IMG/VR virus record: IMGVR_UViG_3300026512_000013
Span: 1-62,174 of that record
Length of the DNA: 62,174 nucleotides
Strand: one strand, 5' to 3'
From: a virus
Taxonomy: Duplodnaviria; Caudoviricetes
Position 1 is the first letter of the stretch; each line of letters begins with the position of its first letter. Positions 39,501 to 50,081 of the stretch are shown here, piece by piece. Both the position numbers and the translations under genes were made by a program. Under the pieces are notes generated by a model. It ran no database searches. It was not told the DNA's origin and worked only from the letters and a program-made list of their open reading frames with translations.

Positions 39501-40637
39501 ATAGTCCAATAAATACTTTTTCCTTAATAATAACCCTTTAGCTATTCTCCATAATAGATATTTATTAGCTTTATTATTACTTTCTAAAATTGTTTTAAAA
39601 GTACCTGTGTTAGGTAATACATCAGTAATCTCTTTTACTTTATATTTTTCATATTTTATAACAGGTACATCTTGTTTCTTTAGTAAAGTGTATTTTTTGC
39701 ACTTTACTGATATTTTAATAGTGTTTTCCATAGCTTTCTCAAACTCATCTAAAGGGAAATCAACTTTCATAAAATAATCTTTTAACTCTTCATAGTCCAT
39801 TAGATAAGCTGTCCCATAGATTTCTCTTAACCTCTCTATATTATCCTCATCATTTTTACCTCTATCAGCCAATAAAAATGCCTTATGCAATTCCCATAAT
39901 TCTTTCCCACTATAATGAGCATCAGTAGTTATTATCATTTCAGTATTAGTTATTTTAGATAATTTAATTAAATAATTATTAAATCTATCTTGAAGACTAT
40001 CTTTCTCTAAAGGTGGTTGCATTTCTAAGTAGAAATTATCATTACCAAAGATATATTTTATCTCCTCAATAAATTCAATATTCCATTCAATAGGTCTGTC
40101 ATTAGCAAAATATTTCCCTATCTGTCCACCAATACATGAAGAACTCGCAATTAAATGCCCTTTCTCCTCAATTACTTCATATAAATCAGACATCAGAGTT
40201 GGACGTCTCATTATCCCACTTTTTAAAAAACTATTCTTTTCCCAAGCTCTTGATGATAATTTTCTTAAATATTCATGTCCTATTTCATCAGTAGCCAATA
40301 ATATAAAATGTGGGAAATAATGTTCTTTACTTGTATATTCAGTACTTTTTAAAATCTCATATTGTTCTTTAGTAACTAAATAAATTTCATTCCCTCTTAT
40401 TATTTTAAAATTATGTTTCTTTTGTAATTTTTCAATCTCAACATGATTAGATAATATCTCATGTTCAGTTATAGCAATAGAATGTAAACCTTTCTCTTTA
40501 GCCTTGATAATCAAAGTTTCTAATTTTTGAGATGAGTCTCCAAATCCCAAAGACATATTAGAATCTCCTGTGTGATTATGTAAACCACTATAAGTCTTAT
40601 TCATAAATCCCCCCTTAAATATTAAAACCTCTTGCAA
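36564..40637 (-). CDS. dnaE: DNA polymerase III alpha subunit (C-family; start probably ~40603)
   Basis: PHP HNHT, ITEH, TTDAHY; GAGRGS; SDIDID; KYDML; YSFS..H. Confidence 0.95.
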   Translation of the reverse strand: MQEVLIFKGGFMNKTYSGLHNHTGDSNMSLGFGDSSQKLETLIIKAKEKGLHSIAITEHEILSNHVEIEKLQKKHNFKIIRGNEIYLVTKEQYEILKSTEYTSKEHYFPHFILLATDEIGHEYLRKLSSRAWEKNSFLKSGIMRRPTLMSDLYEVIEEKGHLIASSSCIGGQIGKYFANDRPIEWNIEFIEEIKYIFGNDNFYLEMQPPLEKDSLQDRFNNYLIKLSKITNTEMIITTDAHYSGKELWELHKAFLLADRGKNDEDNIERLREIYGTAYLMDYEELKDYFMKVDFPLDEFEKAMENTIKISVKCKKYTLLKKQDVPVIKYEKYKVKEITDVLPNTGTFKTILESNNKANKYLLWRIAKGLLLRKKYLLDYDTSIKRIDYELQVMLEVSEIIQQSLTNYFITMEKIIEIIWDKNKGNSIIGAGRGSIGASDVAFALGIIQESPTNIQIMTGVELSVYRLMDKQRPELSDIDIDIESMKRRRVIHFVKEYFKSIGGDLVGCATYGKIKSKSALKTTCRGLAHVPDSYGNKLASMIPTIRGNTYTLTEMYYGTDEVEKNKDFINAIDKYDGILETAMLIENLKVSFSEHPAGVFAVNKPFYIYSAVMKTKTGLVVSQYDLHDGEDAGLLKYDMLVTTAQDKIRTNLDLLIENNKIEEKDTLRDTYESILHPQVLNYNRPEIWEAINTNSIVDAFQFATKVAKDILRKIKPDTLTKLSQTNSLMRLQKPEHLNEDLTTRFLRYNNNIQEWYDDMTKAGVSKKDQKMLETVLLKLTGVAENQEALMKLVMLEGLSNFDVAGAHAVRSAIAKKNEDKYNKIRTKFYEACKKNNVNINTATYVWEEQISASKGYSFSNIHSNLYSLVLLAEAVLNVDYPPIYWQTATLLVNSGSLENEYDSKKRTVDYGKIATALSNLQFSGVDIAPPYINQVKFGFAPDEEHNRIIMGLKSIVDIGDREAHHLLNNAPYENLDDIYNRLFMVTEEVINTKGEIQNKKLLGKKGIVSLIKSGALDYTENISREEIMTKFLLKLQPNRKSLGMNVFNQVYEMSIIPEKYSDVVRIVNFRSYINDKFNYEKPVISKGKQIKSKKWHLIKNNNIEEYEHVMNFFEDFFIAKMKEQEDYYIDELGLHIMVFGSSTFEKLYKEQTADFVKWLNSKDSINKFNEIKFNNLKQELASGTLSKWEMDSMNIYIGKHELSNIDLTKYKVAKLTNIVNIEDYTKEELQYFDVNEYKGVKYIQYPKSRIAGTCVNKNNAKHTITLLCDDEIIDVKFSKGAYNHYNQQVTQDNGDGTSTTLEKSWFQRGTLLIVTGYRDGIQYKANKSGSTFMHSVMKLHLNDGEVDLQVDRVRAEE

Positions 40638-40697
40638 CTTAATGATAGTATATCATAGGTCACAAGAGGCGTCAATAGTTTATTTAATTATTTTCCA

Positions 40698-42651
40698 TTA
40701 AAATTTAATAGTCTTTCTTTGTTTAGTACCTTTATTAGGTTTAACATACTCTTTAAATTCCCACTCTTTAATAATTAACTGTGGGTATTCTTTTCCTTCA
40801 TACTCATTAATATCAGCAGTACATACACAAGTAATTTCTGTTTTAGCCCAGCCTTTTGTCAAGTTAAATCCTTTTTTACTTACGCCTCTTAGAGCTAATA
40901 ACTCTTTATCGTTACCATGATATTTTATCATAGCAATATTCGGGTTTTTAGTTATTTTTAAAATCTTTTGTTTATTCCCCATTAAAGCAACATCATTCTC
41001 TACATTAATTACAGCTTTAACTATAAACAATGGAGTAGGTAATGTATTAGAGCCAAATATATCATGGTATTTATATATATCTTTAATATCTTTAGTTTTT
41101 AATCTATTTAAATTAGTAATAAAATCTACTAAGAATACAGGTTTCATTTCGTAGTCTTTATATGCTTCATTCATTTTAGCTAAATCACTTTCTAATTTAT
41201 CTACTTCTATAAAACAACCAAATGCACTATCATGCCCCAATCCAATTATATCACTATATTTACCTAAATCACCCCTAAAATCTTCAACAGGACTATCATC
41301 ATAATTTCTACCTGAGCCAGTATATTCACCATCTATAATATTTTTTAATACTAATGTAGGTCTTTTATATTTATTTGCTATCTGACTTGCTATAACTCCT
41401 GATAATTTCCATTTACTTGGTTCGTCAAAATAATCTATCGCATTAACAATTATAATTTTATTTTCATATAATTTATTATTAACAATATCTTCCTCACATT
41501 GTTTGGCTATTTTCTTAGCCCATCTTGCTTGAGTTCCTCTTGCATTAGTGCATAATCTCATTATTTCTTTTTGAATACTTCTAATCTCAATATCTGGCTT
41601 AGGGTCAGTTTTAACCTTACGTCTTGGTTGGTATTCCACTAACTCAGTAGAACCTGTCATACTTTCTATTAATTTTAAAGTATCATTTCTACTGCCAACT
41701 CTTGCCATTGCATTTCCCATTGGTGCTACTTCCCAGCCTATAGTTTTAAATGAGAATTTACTAAACATATAGCCTGTTAATTTTTCAATTAATTCTCTAA
41801 TATATAAATTTTCTATCTCATCTGCTTTATCTTCATTAAATAAAGCAAGGTCATCATTTAACATTGCAATACCTTGTAAAGCTAAATAACGTGTTTCATA
41901 TGCTCTCATATCCATCATATCACTTACTAATCCCATAGCTACATAAGGTAAATAATAATCTGCTTTATTTATTTTTAATTTCTCATCTATTGCTTGACAA
42001 GTTTTATATACTACTGCAACTCCTGCAATTTGCTTATTAGGATAGTCACAAGTTTGTGGGTTAACCAATACATCAGCAGGATGATTATCTAAAGCTTCTT
42101 GCTCTGAATTGTATTTTTCTGTGTTATAAAATATGGGATGATGGTCTAGGATTACAATTACTAACTCTTTATTCCATTCTTTTAAATATTCTATCATCTC
42201 AGTATCACTTGTACCAGCATCAGGAACAATTAATAAATTAATTTTATTCATAATTTCTTCATTCTCTGCTCCATCAAATAAATCTTCTTTATTTAATCCA
42301 TGCTTTCTGTGTAAATTATGAATTAATATATGAGAGTCAATATCAAATACATCTTTAATATATCCTTTTGTTGTAGCTGTACTTGTTATTCCGTCAAAGG
42401 TCTCCATCCAACAAGATACCTACCTCTACCTCCTTGCTATTTAACATTTTAATTAATAAATCACTTGCCTCATCTACATTTTTTAATCTACTCCAATGGT
42501 AAACATCATCTTGAGATACTTTTAATAACTCATCTGCATTTTCTACATTCCTTGTTTCCAATAAATAATTAATTACTTTACCTTCTACATCAGAATAATA
42601 TTTCATTCCTGAAGTACCATTCTCTCTTAATTTATAATCCAATAGTATCAC
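40698..42651 (-). CDS. recJ: RecJ-like DHH ssDNA exonuclease, encoded in two frames joined by a +1 shift at 42393-42399
   Basis: motif I DGD-L|DG split between ORFs 42394..42651 and 40698..42407; HGL, PD, LDHH, AG..V, SDMM, GSGR, GH..AFG. Confidence 0.85.
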
Positions 42652-42672
42652 TCCTTAATCTATAATCTAAAA

Positions 42673-43794
42673 TTACTCAATTGTAATTTTATTCTCCATT
42701 AATAACTCTAATTTCTTTTTATCAACATCTAAAGGACATTGTTTATATTCCATTATGTTATCATCGTCATATAACACATGTACAATACAAAATGGACTTA
42801 ACATATTAACTATTTTATCAATTTTATCTCCATGCCTCTTAGCTTTTAGCTCTTCTTGCTCATCCATATTGTCCTTATGCTCTTTATCTAAAGCTATAAA
42901 TACTTCTTCAACTTCTAACTCAAATACTATTAAATTTCTCTGAGCTATACTAAATGATGTACCACATAATCCAACTACAAAATTATCATCTCCATATAAT
43001 GTATCACCTCTCATTACACCCTTTTCAGATTCAACTAACATTATTTTCTTTTGTCTTTTAATAGCTTTCTTATTTTGATATAGTCCATATAAATTAGCTT
43101 GAATAGGATAAGAGTACAATGTATTTTCAAAGAATAAAGGTTTATATTTACCACCATAAGTAATTTCATTTTCTAATAACACTCTTACTCTAATTCCTAT
43201 TAATCTACCATTAATATCTCTATGTGGAATTACTATTTTATGTTGCCAAGTTAACATACATATTTCATATTTTCTCATAGTATCAGTTGATATACCTTCA
43301 TTTTCCCATGTCTCAGGATATATATTAGGAAATATAGTTAATATATTACTATTATACTCAGGCAGTGTTGACATAACTTGTTGGCTATTTATTCTCTCTT
43401 CAATCTCATATTGAGATAAATATTCATCATCATCTACCTCAAACCTTTTCATATTATAACCTTTTTTCCTTTTAGGTGATAAGTTTCTATTTAAATTTAA
43501 TTCATCACTATAGAAATTAATTGCTTGTATAAAGCTATAACCTTCAACTTGCATAATTAAATCAAATATGCTCATTTGTCCACAAGATGAATAACAATGA
43601 AAACTTGGAGGTATATCTGGTTCAGTTTCATTTCCATAATAGTATAATTTATATGAAGTAGAATTATGACAAATTGATTGAAATATTAATTGCCCATTGA
43701 TTTCTCTATAATCAGCTCCTAAGCCTCTCATAATTTTAATTATATCTTCCTTTGTAATTTTATTTAATATTTCTTGTTTTAACTCCATAGACAC
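42673..43794 (-). CDS. DNA primase (zinc finger plus TOPRIM)
   Basis: CH...CYSSCG, IPHRD..GRLIGIR.R, LYGL, VESEK, ALDKE. Confidence 0.88.
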   Translation of the reverse strand: MSMELKQEILNKITKEDIIKIMRGLGADYREINGQLIFQSICHNSTSYKLYYYGNETEPDIPPSFHCYSSCGQMSIFDLIMQVEGYSFIQAINFYSDELNLNRNLSPKRKKGYNMKRFEVDDDEYLSQYEIEERINSQQVMSTLPEYNSNILTIFPNIYPETWENEGISTDTMRKYEICMLTWQHKIVIPHRDINGRLIGIRVRVLLENEITYGGKYKPLFFENTLYSYPIQANLYGLYQNKKAIKRQKKIMLVESEKGVMRGDTLYGDDNFVVGLCGTSFSIAQRNLIVFELEVEEVFIALDKEHKDNMDEQEELKAKRHGDKIDKIVNMLSPFCIVHVLYDDDNIMEYKQCPLDVDKKKLELLMENKITIE

Positions 43795-43804
43795 TACTCC
43801 TTAA

Positions 43805-45403
43805 TTATTCTATGTCAATTATCTCTGCTTTAACTCTATCAACTTTAATTACCATATTATTATAATCAGTTACTAATAAATCTCTAATATCTAAATTTCC
43901 TAAGTTAACATATTGAAATATTTTAATTTCTACTAATACTCCATTTCTATTTTTAAATAAATGCTTAATAGCATTGGGTCTAATTAATTCTGTGCTAAAT
44001 CCTTTTTGAGTAACAACATATTCTTCGTATATTTTCATCTCTTCTTTAGAAGGAACTAATACTATACTTGCAATATCTGCTTTATCCATTACAGCAAATG
44101 ACCCTCTAAACATACTCGCTCCTACTTTATGCTCTCTGGTTGTACTTGTAGCATTTAATTGAGTACTTGACATAACAAATATATTTAATTTTTTAGCTAA
44201 TCTTTCTTTTAAACTTTTAGATACATATAAGAATAACTCATGTGAAGGAACAAATTGAGTAGAGTATATTTCTTTAAACTCTTTAATTATATTCCCTGTT
44301 TTCTCAATATAGTCAAAATATAAACCATATACATCTTCATTATGTTGATGTTTTTTAACTAATCTTTCCATAGTTCTCATATCATAATTTTCTAAAGAAT
44401 ACAAATGTAATTTAGTTTTTTCCATTATTTTCTTAGCGTATTCTATTCTATCTTTTTGCTCATCAGTAAGATTGTCATAATTTTTAATGTCAACTGTTTC
44501 TACTCCCGATATAGTCGCTAATATAATTGGTTTAACTTCAAAGTTAATATCTAACTCACTGCCTATATAAACACTACTTAATTTATTCTCGGGGTTATTA
44601 CTATTTATAATAAATCTATTTTCTTCTCTACTCCATATCTCAGGAGCGGTTAAGTAAACCATTTTACCAATTAATCGTCTACTCTTTCCTCCACCACTAC
44701 CACCACTTAATAGCTCAACAGTTTTACGCTTATTCCCTAATGTAATTGAATTACTATATTCTTCATTAGTTAATAAGCCATAAGTATCACCTTGTCTAAA
44801 TACTTCTAATATATCTTCAATATTCTCTCCAGCTTCACTGTATTCTATCTCTTCATCTACATTATAATTTTCTCTATACTTCATAGATTTATACTCTATT
44901 GTTTCCATAATAATATCATCTAAAGACCATTTATCAAACTCTTCCTCTTGCTCTCTAATAACTTTTTTATCAAGAGTTCTACTTTTATCTAAAATATTAT
45001 TTATATCCACATTATCATCTATCATATCTCTTAATAATGAAAACTTCTTTATTCTATTGTAATGATAACTAAAGTTATCCATTTTACTAAACTTAGCCAT
45101 AGTAGATATAACTTCTAACCCATTATTAATTTCAAATACAATTCTCGCTCCACTCTCAGACACTCTATCTAAATAGTCTTTAATAGTTGTAGCAGTAATA
45201 TCATTTAAACCATCTATATGCATATTATAAATACTTTTATAAATATAACTATGGAATGGCTCAATGAAATCTTCAGGTGTTAATTTATACTCTCTTGCAT
45301 CAATTAAATCAGTGTCTTGTAATAAACAGCCTAATACTTGAGTTACATCTGCTTTACTGTAATACTTTCGTTTTAATTCTTTTTTCTCTTTTTTAGTTAA
45401 CAA
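43805..45403 (-). CDS. replicative DnaB-like helicase
   Basis: GGSGGGKSR, FDYI, STQLN, RGS....DKAD, KNR. Confidence 0.88.
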   Translation of the reverse strand: MLTKKEKKELKRKYYSKADVTQVLGCLLQDTDLIDAREYKLTPEDFIEPFHSYIYKSIYNMHIDGLNDITATTIKDYLDRVSESGARIVFEINNGLEVISTMAKFSKMDNFSYHYNRIKKFSLLRDMIDDNVDINNILDKSRTLDKKVIREQEEEFDKWSLDDIIMETIEYKSMKYRENYNVDEEIEYSEAGENIEDILEVFRQGDTYGLLTNEEYSNSITLGNKRKTVELLSGGSGGGKSRRLIGKMVYLTAPEIWSREENRFIINSNNPENKLSSVYIGSELDINFEVKPIILATISGVETVDIKNYDNLTDEQKDRIEYAKKIMEKTKLHLYSLENYDMRTMERLVKKHQHNEDVYGLYFDYIEKTGNIIKEFKEIYSTQFVPSHELFLYVSKSLKERLAKKLNIFVMSSTQLNATSTTREHKVGASMFRGSFAVMDKADIASIVLVPSKEEMKIYEEYVVTQKGFSTELIRPNAIKHLFKNRNGVLVEIKIFQYVNLGNLDIRDLLVTDYNNMVIKVDRVKAEIIDIE

Positions 45404-45419
45404 TTATATCACCCCTATA

Positions 45420-45911
45420 TTAATCTATATCCACTTTATCATCTAATGTAATTTTTCTTTTTAATTTTAATTTATTGCTATTACTATTTGGTTTAACTAT
45501 TATTATATTGTCATCTAATTCAATAGTATCATTATATTCCATAGTATCTATAATTTTATTAAAATACTCTTCTGCTTCATCATATATATAAGGTACAATA
45601 CCTATTCCTTTAGTATCGTCTATAGGGTTTTCCATATATTCATAAAAATATTTTAAACTCATCATAATTCCATAGTGAGTCATATCATCTCTAATATAAT
45701 CTTTTATCTGTTTAAACATTTGCTTAGTAGGAGGTTTCTTATATAATTCTAATATATAATCATATAATTTATTATAGTCAGATTTCCCCTCTTCTTTCTT
45801 TTTTAATAATACTTCATAACACTCTTTACAATAATACCTACCATTTTTTTTATAGTTTACAACTGTTTCTTTCTCATTTAATTTTCCACACATCGGACAC
45901 TTAACAGCCAT
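45420..45911 (-). CDS. zinc-finger replication protein (SPbeta YorH-like)
   Basis: CPMCG...YYCKEC; GIGIVPYIYDEA..YF; position upstream of helicase. Confidence 0.65.
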   Translation of the reverse strand: MAVKCPMCGKLNEKETVVNYKKNGRYYCKECYEVLLKKKEEGKSDYNKLYDYILELYKKPPTKQMFKQIKDYIRDDMTHYGIMMSLKYFYEYMENPIDDTKGIGIVPYIYDEAEEYFNKIIDTMEYNDTIELDDNIIIVKPNSNSNKLKLKRKITLDDKVDID

Positions 45912-45993
45912 TTACTCATCTCCTTTCAACATTCATAATTATATATTATTCTATGTATAATGTCAACATATTTATAAAAATATTATTCTATGT

Positions 45994-46028
45994 AAAAAAG
46001 AGTAGAGCATATTAATACTCTACTCTTA
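45994..46028 (-). terminator. intrinsic terminator
   Basis: aagagtagag/ctctactctt. Confidence 0.7.
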
Positions 46029-46035
46029 TAATTTA

Positions 46036-47316
46036 TTATTCTTCAGTAGCTTCTTTTTGTCTTTTTAATAATTCTTCTTCTAAGTTAGATTCTCCACCAA
46101 TTAGTCCATAATTAATAGCTATTGGTAATACTCTTTCATATAAAGACTCTAAATGTGATTTTTGTTTATAATTACAATGTGAAATCTTTTTACCATGTAA
46201 AATTTCTACCATTGCTTCATTAAATAAATAAAATATTTCACTCTCTTCTTCTAACTCAAAATCACCATCACCTTCACCAATATAAAATATTTCAGCTAAT
46301 AATTGTAATTTGTCTTTAAGCTCTTCAGTATTGTCAATAATAGTTTCATTAACAATCTCTTCAGTTTGCTTTCTTGTCAAAGGTGTTACTCCAGACTCTG
46401 TAGCTACACCTGCAATCGCATTATTAATAGCTTCATTTAAATTTTCCATAGTATAAGGGTGAATATAATCCACCATTGTATTCCACTTACATCTTGCGAA
46501 AAACTCTGTTGTCATTCTAAAATGAGCAGATGAATCTATTTCTAATCCATCATCATCATATTCTTTTCTTAAATACATTACTATATCACAAGAGTCAATA
46601 ATAGCTTTAACTACTGATTTTTCACCATATGGGTAATATTGATAAATAGGATTATCATTCGTTCCACCAACTCTTACAGCTTTTCTATGAGCAGTAATGA
46701 ATATAGTCATGCCTAAACTAAGTATATTATGATAAGGTGCAAAGAACTCATTTTCTAACTCTTTAAATAAAGCTCCCCATTTACCATCATTTAATACAAT
46801 AGCATCATTTCTATCCATAACAAATCTTTTAGCTAACATTGAGAATGATGTTAATGAATCAAATATTAATTTATCATATAAATCAGTAAATAATTTAAAT
46901 TCATCTTTCTCCAATTTCTCTTCTTGTTTACTTAATAATTTCTCTAACTCTTTAACTCTATTTTCTAAGCTTTTAGTTTGAGTTTTATCTTCATTATTCT
47001 CTAATTTAGACTTAGCCTCATCAACTTTCTTAGTAAATTTTTTAATATTACTTTTAATTAATTGATTTTTTTGCTTAGCAATAAATAAATCTTTTGAAAA
47101 CTTTTGATACTTAGCAAATGTAGAACAATCTACTACATTGGCTTGACCTAATGAATTAACTGCACTCTGTTCAAATACTAAAAATAAACTTTTAGGGTGT
47201 CTTGAAAATTGCTCAGTTTTCCCTGTATTATTATCTCCATAAGCCATTGTAACTTTACCAATTACTCCCTCTTTAATTATATGTTTCTCTACCATATCTA
47301 ACAATCCCATGTTCAC
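46036..47316 (-). CDS. AAA/Sak4-like P-loop ATPase with coiled-coil insertion
   Basis: YG...TGKT, IFDSLT, WG, ITAH, DIV.YL. Confidence 0.8.
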   Translation of the reverse strand: MNMGLLDMVEKHIIKEGVIGKVTMAYGDNNTGKTEQFSRHPKSLFLVFEQSAVNSLGQANVVDCSTFAKYQKFSKDLFIAKQKNQLIKSNIKKFTKKVDEAKSKLENNEDKTQTKSLENRVKELEKLLSKQEEKLEKDEFKLFTDLYDKLIFDSLTSFSMLAKRFVMDRNDAIVLNDGKWGALFKELENEFFAPYHNILSLGMTIFITAHRKAVRVGGTNDNPIYQYYPYGEKSVVKAIIDSCDIVMYLRKEYDDDGLEIDSSAHFRMTTEFFARCKWNTMVDYIHPYTMENLNEAINNAIAGVATESGVTPLTRKQTEEIVNETIIDNTEELKDKLQLLAEIFYIGEGDGDFELEEESEIFYLFNEAMVEILHGKKISHCNYKQKSHLESLYERVLPIAINYGLIGGESNLEEELLKRQKEATEE

Positions 47317-47352
47317 TCTCCTTATTTAATTTGATATATTATTTATCATACA

Positions 47353-47465
47353 ATACCGTTTTAACGTCCTACAACGCCCATACAGAGCTTTTAATGAGTT
47401 CAAGGTATAAATTGTTACCTAACTATTAAAAACTCTCTACGCTCGTTTTTAGAGCCTATTCTATA
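47353..47465. repeat. ~110-bp periodic quasi-palindrome
   Basis: GC clusters every ~10 bp; gagcttttaat...aggta/tacct...attaaaaactc. Confidence 0.75.
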
Positions 47466-47482
47466 TATTAACTATATTATTA

Positions 47483-48481
47483 TTAAAAATTACCTCTTCT
47501 TTTAGTAGGTTTATTATCAGTATTAGCCTTAAAACCTTTAGTTTTTTTAGAAGTTGGAGCTTTCTTATTTTCAGCTTTATTTCTTAGCTCAGCTTCATAC
47601 TCCTCATTATTATCAACAGCTGTCATTAAAGCATGAACATCATAAATTTTAGAAGGCTCAGCTCCTGTTACCATTAAATCAGATGTGAATACAGAAGTCT
47701 CAACAACTCTTCCTTTACCACCATACATAGATTTCTTTTCTTCTCTAACAGTAATATTAGCCAATGAAGCATCTCCCCATAATCTTAATTGAGGTACTAC
47801 TTCAAAAGGAATTTTTTGTCCTTTATAATCTTCACAAATTTCTCTTAGAGTTTCAAAACTATCAAGTCCTTCAAGCTCAGAAATACCTTCAACAAACTCT
47901 TCCTCTACACTTTTAAAAGTCATAATATGATAGCCACCTTTGTAGTCGACTATAGCACCTTTAATAATTAAAGTAGTTCCATCTTCATCATATTCTAAAT
48001 CCCCTACAGGAACAACGTCAATCTCAAATTCACTTCTAAAGTCTTTCTCAGTAAGATTATCATTAATTTCCAATGAAGCAAATCCTACTTTAGCTTTAAC
48101 GATACTTTTAAATTCTTCTTTCTCTTTGTCCCAGAATTTTTCTATCTCAATACTTGGTGAAAACGCTGGGTTATTACCAGATATTACAATAACAGATGCT
48201 GGATTTTCAGGGGTAGCTTTACTTAATGTAACTAAATTATTAATAGTATCTAAACTCTTTGTATAACTTTTATTCTCATTTCCTGTAGAATAAGTTTCGC
48301 TAGTGTACATATCTAAAGTAACTACTTGAGTATCTTTCTCACCACATTTAACAACTATCTTACCTTTAATAACATTGACACCATTATACTCTTCAACTTT
48401 TAATTTGTTTTCTAACACATTGCCTACAATTGTTAATTGCTTTCTACTGTTAAATTGTCTGTCCTCATTTTTCTTAGCCAT
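47483..48481 (-). CDS. putative single-stranded DNA-binding protein (SPbeta YorF-like)
   Basis: beta-rich two-OB-like domains, flexible tail ending in F, position in replication module. Confidence 0.6.
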   Translation of the reverse strand: MAKKNEDRQFNSRKQLTIVGNVLENKLKVEEYNGVNVIKGKIVVKCGEKDTQVVTLDMYTSETYSTGNENKSYTKSLDTINNLVTLSKATPENPASVIVISGNNPAFSPSIEIEKFWDKEKEEFKSIVKAKVGFASLEINDNLTEKDFRSEFEIDVVPVGDLEYDEDGTTLIIKGAIVDYKGGYHIMTFKSVEEEFVEGISELEGLDSFETLREICEDYKGQKIPFEVVPQLRLWGDASLANITVREEKKSMYGGKGRVVETSVFTSDLMVTGAEPSKIYDVHALMTAVDNNEEYEAELRNKAENKKAPTSKKTKGFKANTDNKPTKRRGNF

Positions 48482-48596
48482 AATTATTACTCTCCTTTTC
48501 TACATGTTGTATTTATTACAACATAAACTATTTATATTTTATTTATTGCTAACATAATATATCATACCACATTAATTATTATTTGTCAACATTAAT

Positions 48597-49028
48597 TTAA
48601 ACATTAATATGATAATCTAATACATACTCCACTAAAGTATCCCAATTTTTAAATTTTCTTGTTATAAACTCTTCCACCCAAGGATGATGAGAAATACCTT
48701 TACTACTATATGCTATGACAGGAATATTATTTTGCCATGCTGTATATAATTCAATATTAGTACCTGTTGAATTATCAAAATCTAAATTAACAATTATAAC
48801 ATCACTATTTTTAACTGCATTTAATTCCCAATTAATTATCTCAAGCATATTATCATGTAATTTTTTCTCAAATCCAAAATACTCATGTGGATTAATAACA
48901 GTTAAATCAACTCTATCGCTATCCATTTTATAAAATAAATTTTCAGTTAAATCATTTCTCCATTTTTTATATTCTTTAGGTAATAAACCACCCATTTTTC
49001 CAGCCGTATAAATTTGTCTATTTTTCAT
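48597..49028 (-). CDS. nucleoside 2-deoxyribosyltransferase / nucleotide hydrolase family protein
   Basis: IYTAG.M, INP, SD.IIVNL...STGT.IEL..A. Confidence 0.85.
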   Translation of the reverse strand: MKNRQIYTAGKMGGLLPKEYKKWRNDLTENLFYKMDSDRVDLTVINPHEYFGFEKKLHDNMLEIINWELNAVKNSDVIIVNLDFDNSTGTNIELYTAWQNNIPVIAYSSKGISHHPWVEEFITRKFKNWDTLVEYVLDYHINV

Positions 49029-49050
49029 TAATACTTATCATCTCCTTTAA

Positions 49051-49968
49051 TTATTGGTTGTCTCCCATTTCAGATTTAATCTTAGTTTTTTTATAATTAA
49101 TAAGTTTTTGTATATTTTGTATCTCTTTTTCTAATTCTTCAATAGTTAAACTTTCTGTGATATCAGTATTTTTATCATATTCATCATATTCAATATACTC
49201 TTCATCAAATAAATCAGCAATATCATTTATATCCATATCACTATCAAAATTCTCATTAAAATTATCAAAATCTTGTGGATAAACAGTAGGAGTATCTTCA
49301 GTATAGCCACCTTCAATAGGATTATCAATACTACTTCCATCAACATCATCATCATATTCATCAGGCTCAATAATTAAAGTATTATTATAATCTTTGGGTA
49401 ATTTCATTAACTGTAAATCTTTAGTATTAACATAATAAGTATTATTTCCTACACTACTTACATACTGTTGAGTAACGTTTACAGCTGACATTAATTTCTC
49501 TCTAATAGTTAAACCATCAATAGTATCTAATACTTTAATAGCTGAACTCGCATGATATTCACCACTACCAATAGCATATGACTTTTGATAAACAGGATAC
49601 ATTGCATATTGTCCATCAAATACATATAGCTGTTTACCATATGCAATCAATAACTCTCCACTAAAACCTTTCTCACTCGCCATAATATCTACATTATGAA
49701 TAATTTTAATTAACTCATATCTAACCTGAGTAAGGAAAAACTCTTCATCTAACTCAACAGGTCTATACTTATGAGGTGGTAAAATAGAATAATATTTTAA
49801 TGAAGTTAAACTCATATTCCCAACATTCCCAATTATAACATCCATATCTGCTGTTATATTCACTTTACATACATCTAACTGAGTATCCGTCATTACTGTA
49901 CTCGCCATTGAATCTGAAGCTAAATGTACATAACCTTCCTTATCTCTTGTCGCAACTACTACTGACAT
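49051..49968 (-). CDS. HslV/proteasome-beta-like Ntn hydrolase with long acidic tail
   Basis: N-terminal (M)SVVVA...ASDS, K, AIGSG, SVG; D/E-rich C-terminus and terminal coiled coil. Confidence 0.7.
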   Translation of the reverse strand: MSVVVATRDKEGYVHLASDSMASTVMTDTQLDVCKVNITADMDVIIGNVGNMSLTSLKYYSILPPHKYRPVELDEEFFLTQVRYELIKIIHNVDIMASEKGFSGELLIAYGKQLYVFDGQYAMYPVYQKSYAIGSGEYHASSAIKVLDTIDGLTIREKLMSAVNVTQQYVSSVGNNTYYVNTKDLQLMKLPKDYNNTLIIEPDEYDDDVDGSSIDNPIEGGYTEDTPTVYPQDFDNFNENFDSDMDINDIADLFDEEYIEYDEYDKNTDITESLTIEELEKEIQNIQKLINYKKTKIKSEMGDNQ

Positions 49969-50081
49969 ATATCATCTCCTTTTAATTTAATATTATGAAT
50001 TATATAACGTTTATATAATATCGCTATGACATTAATTATAACATAGTATATCTCTATTGTCAACTTATTTATTTAATTATT

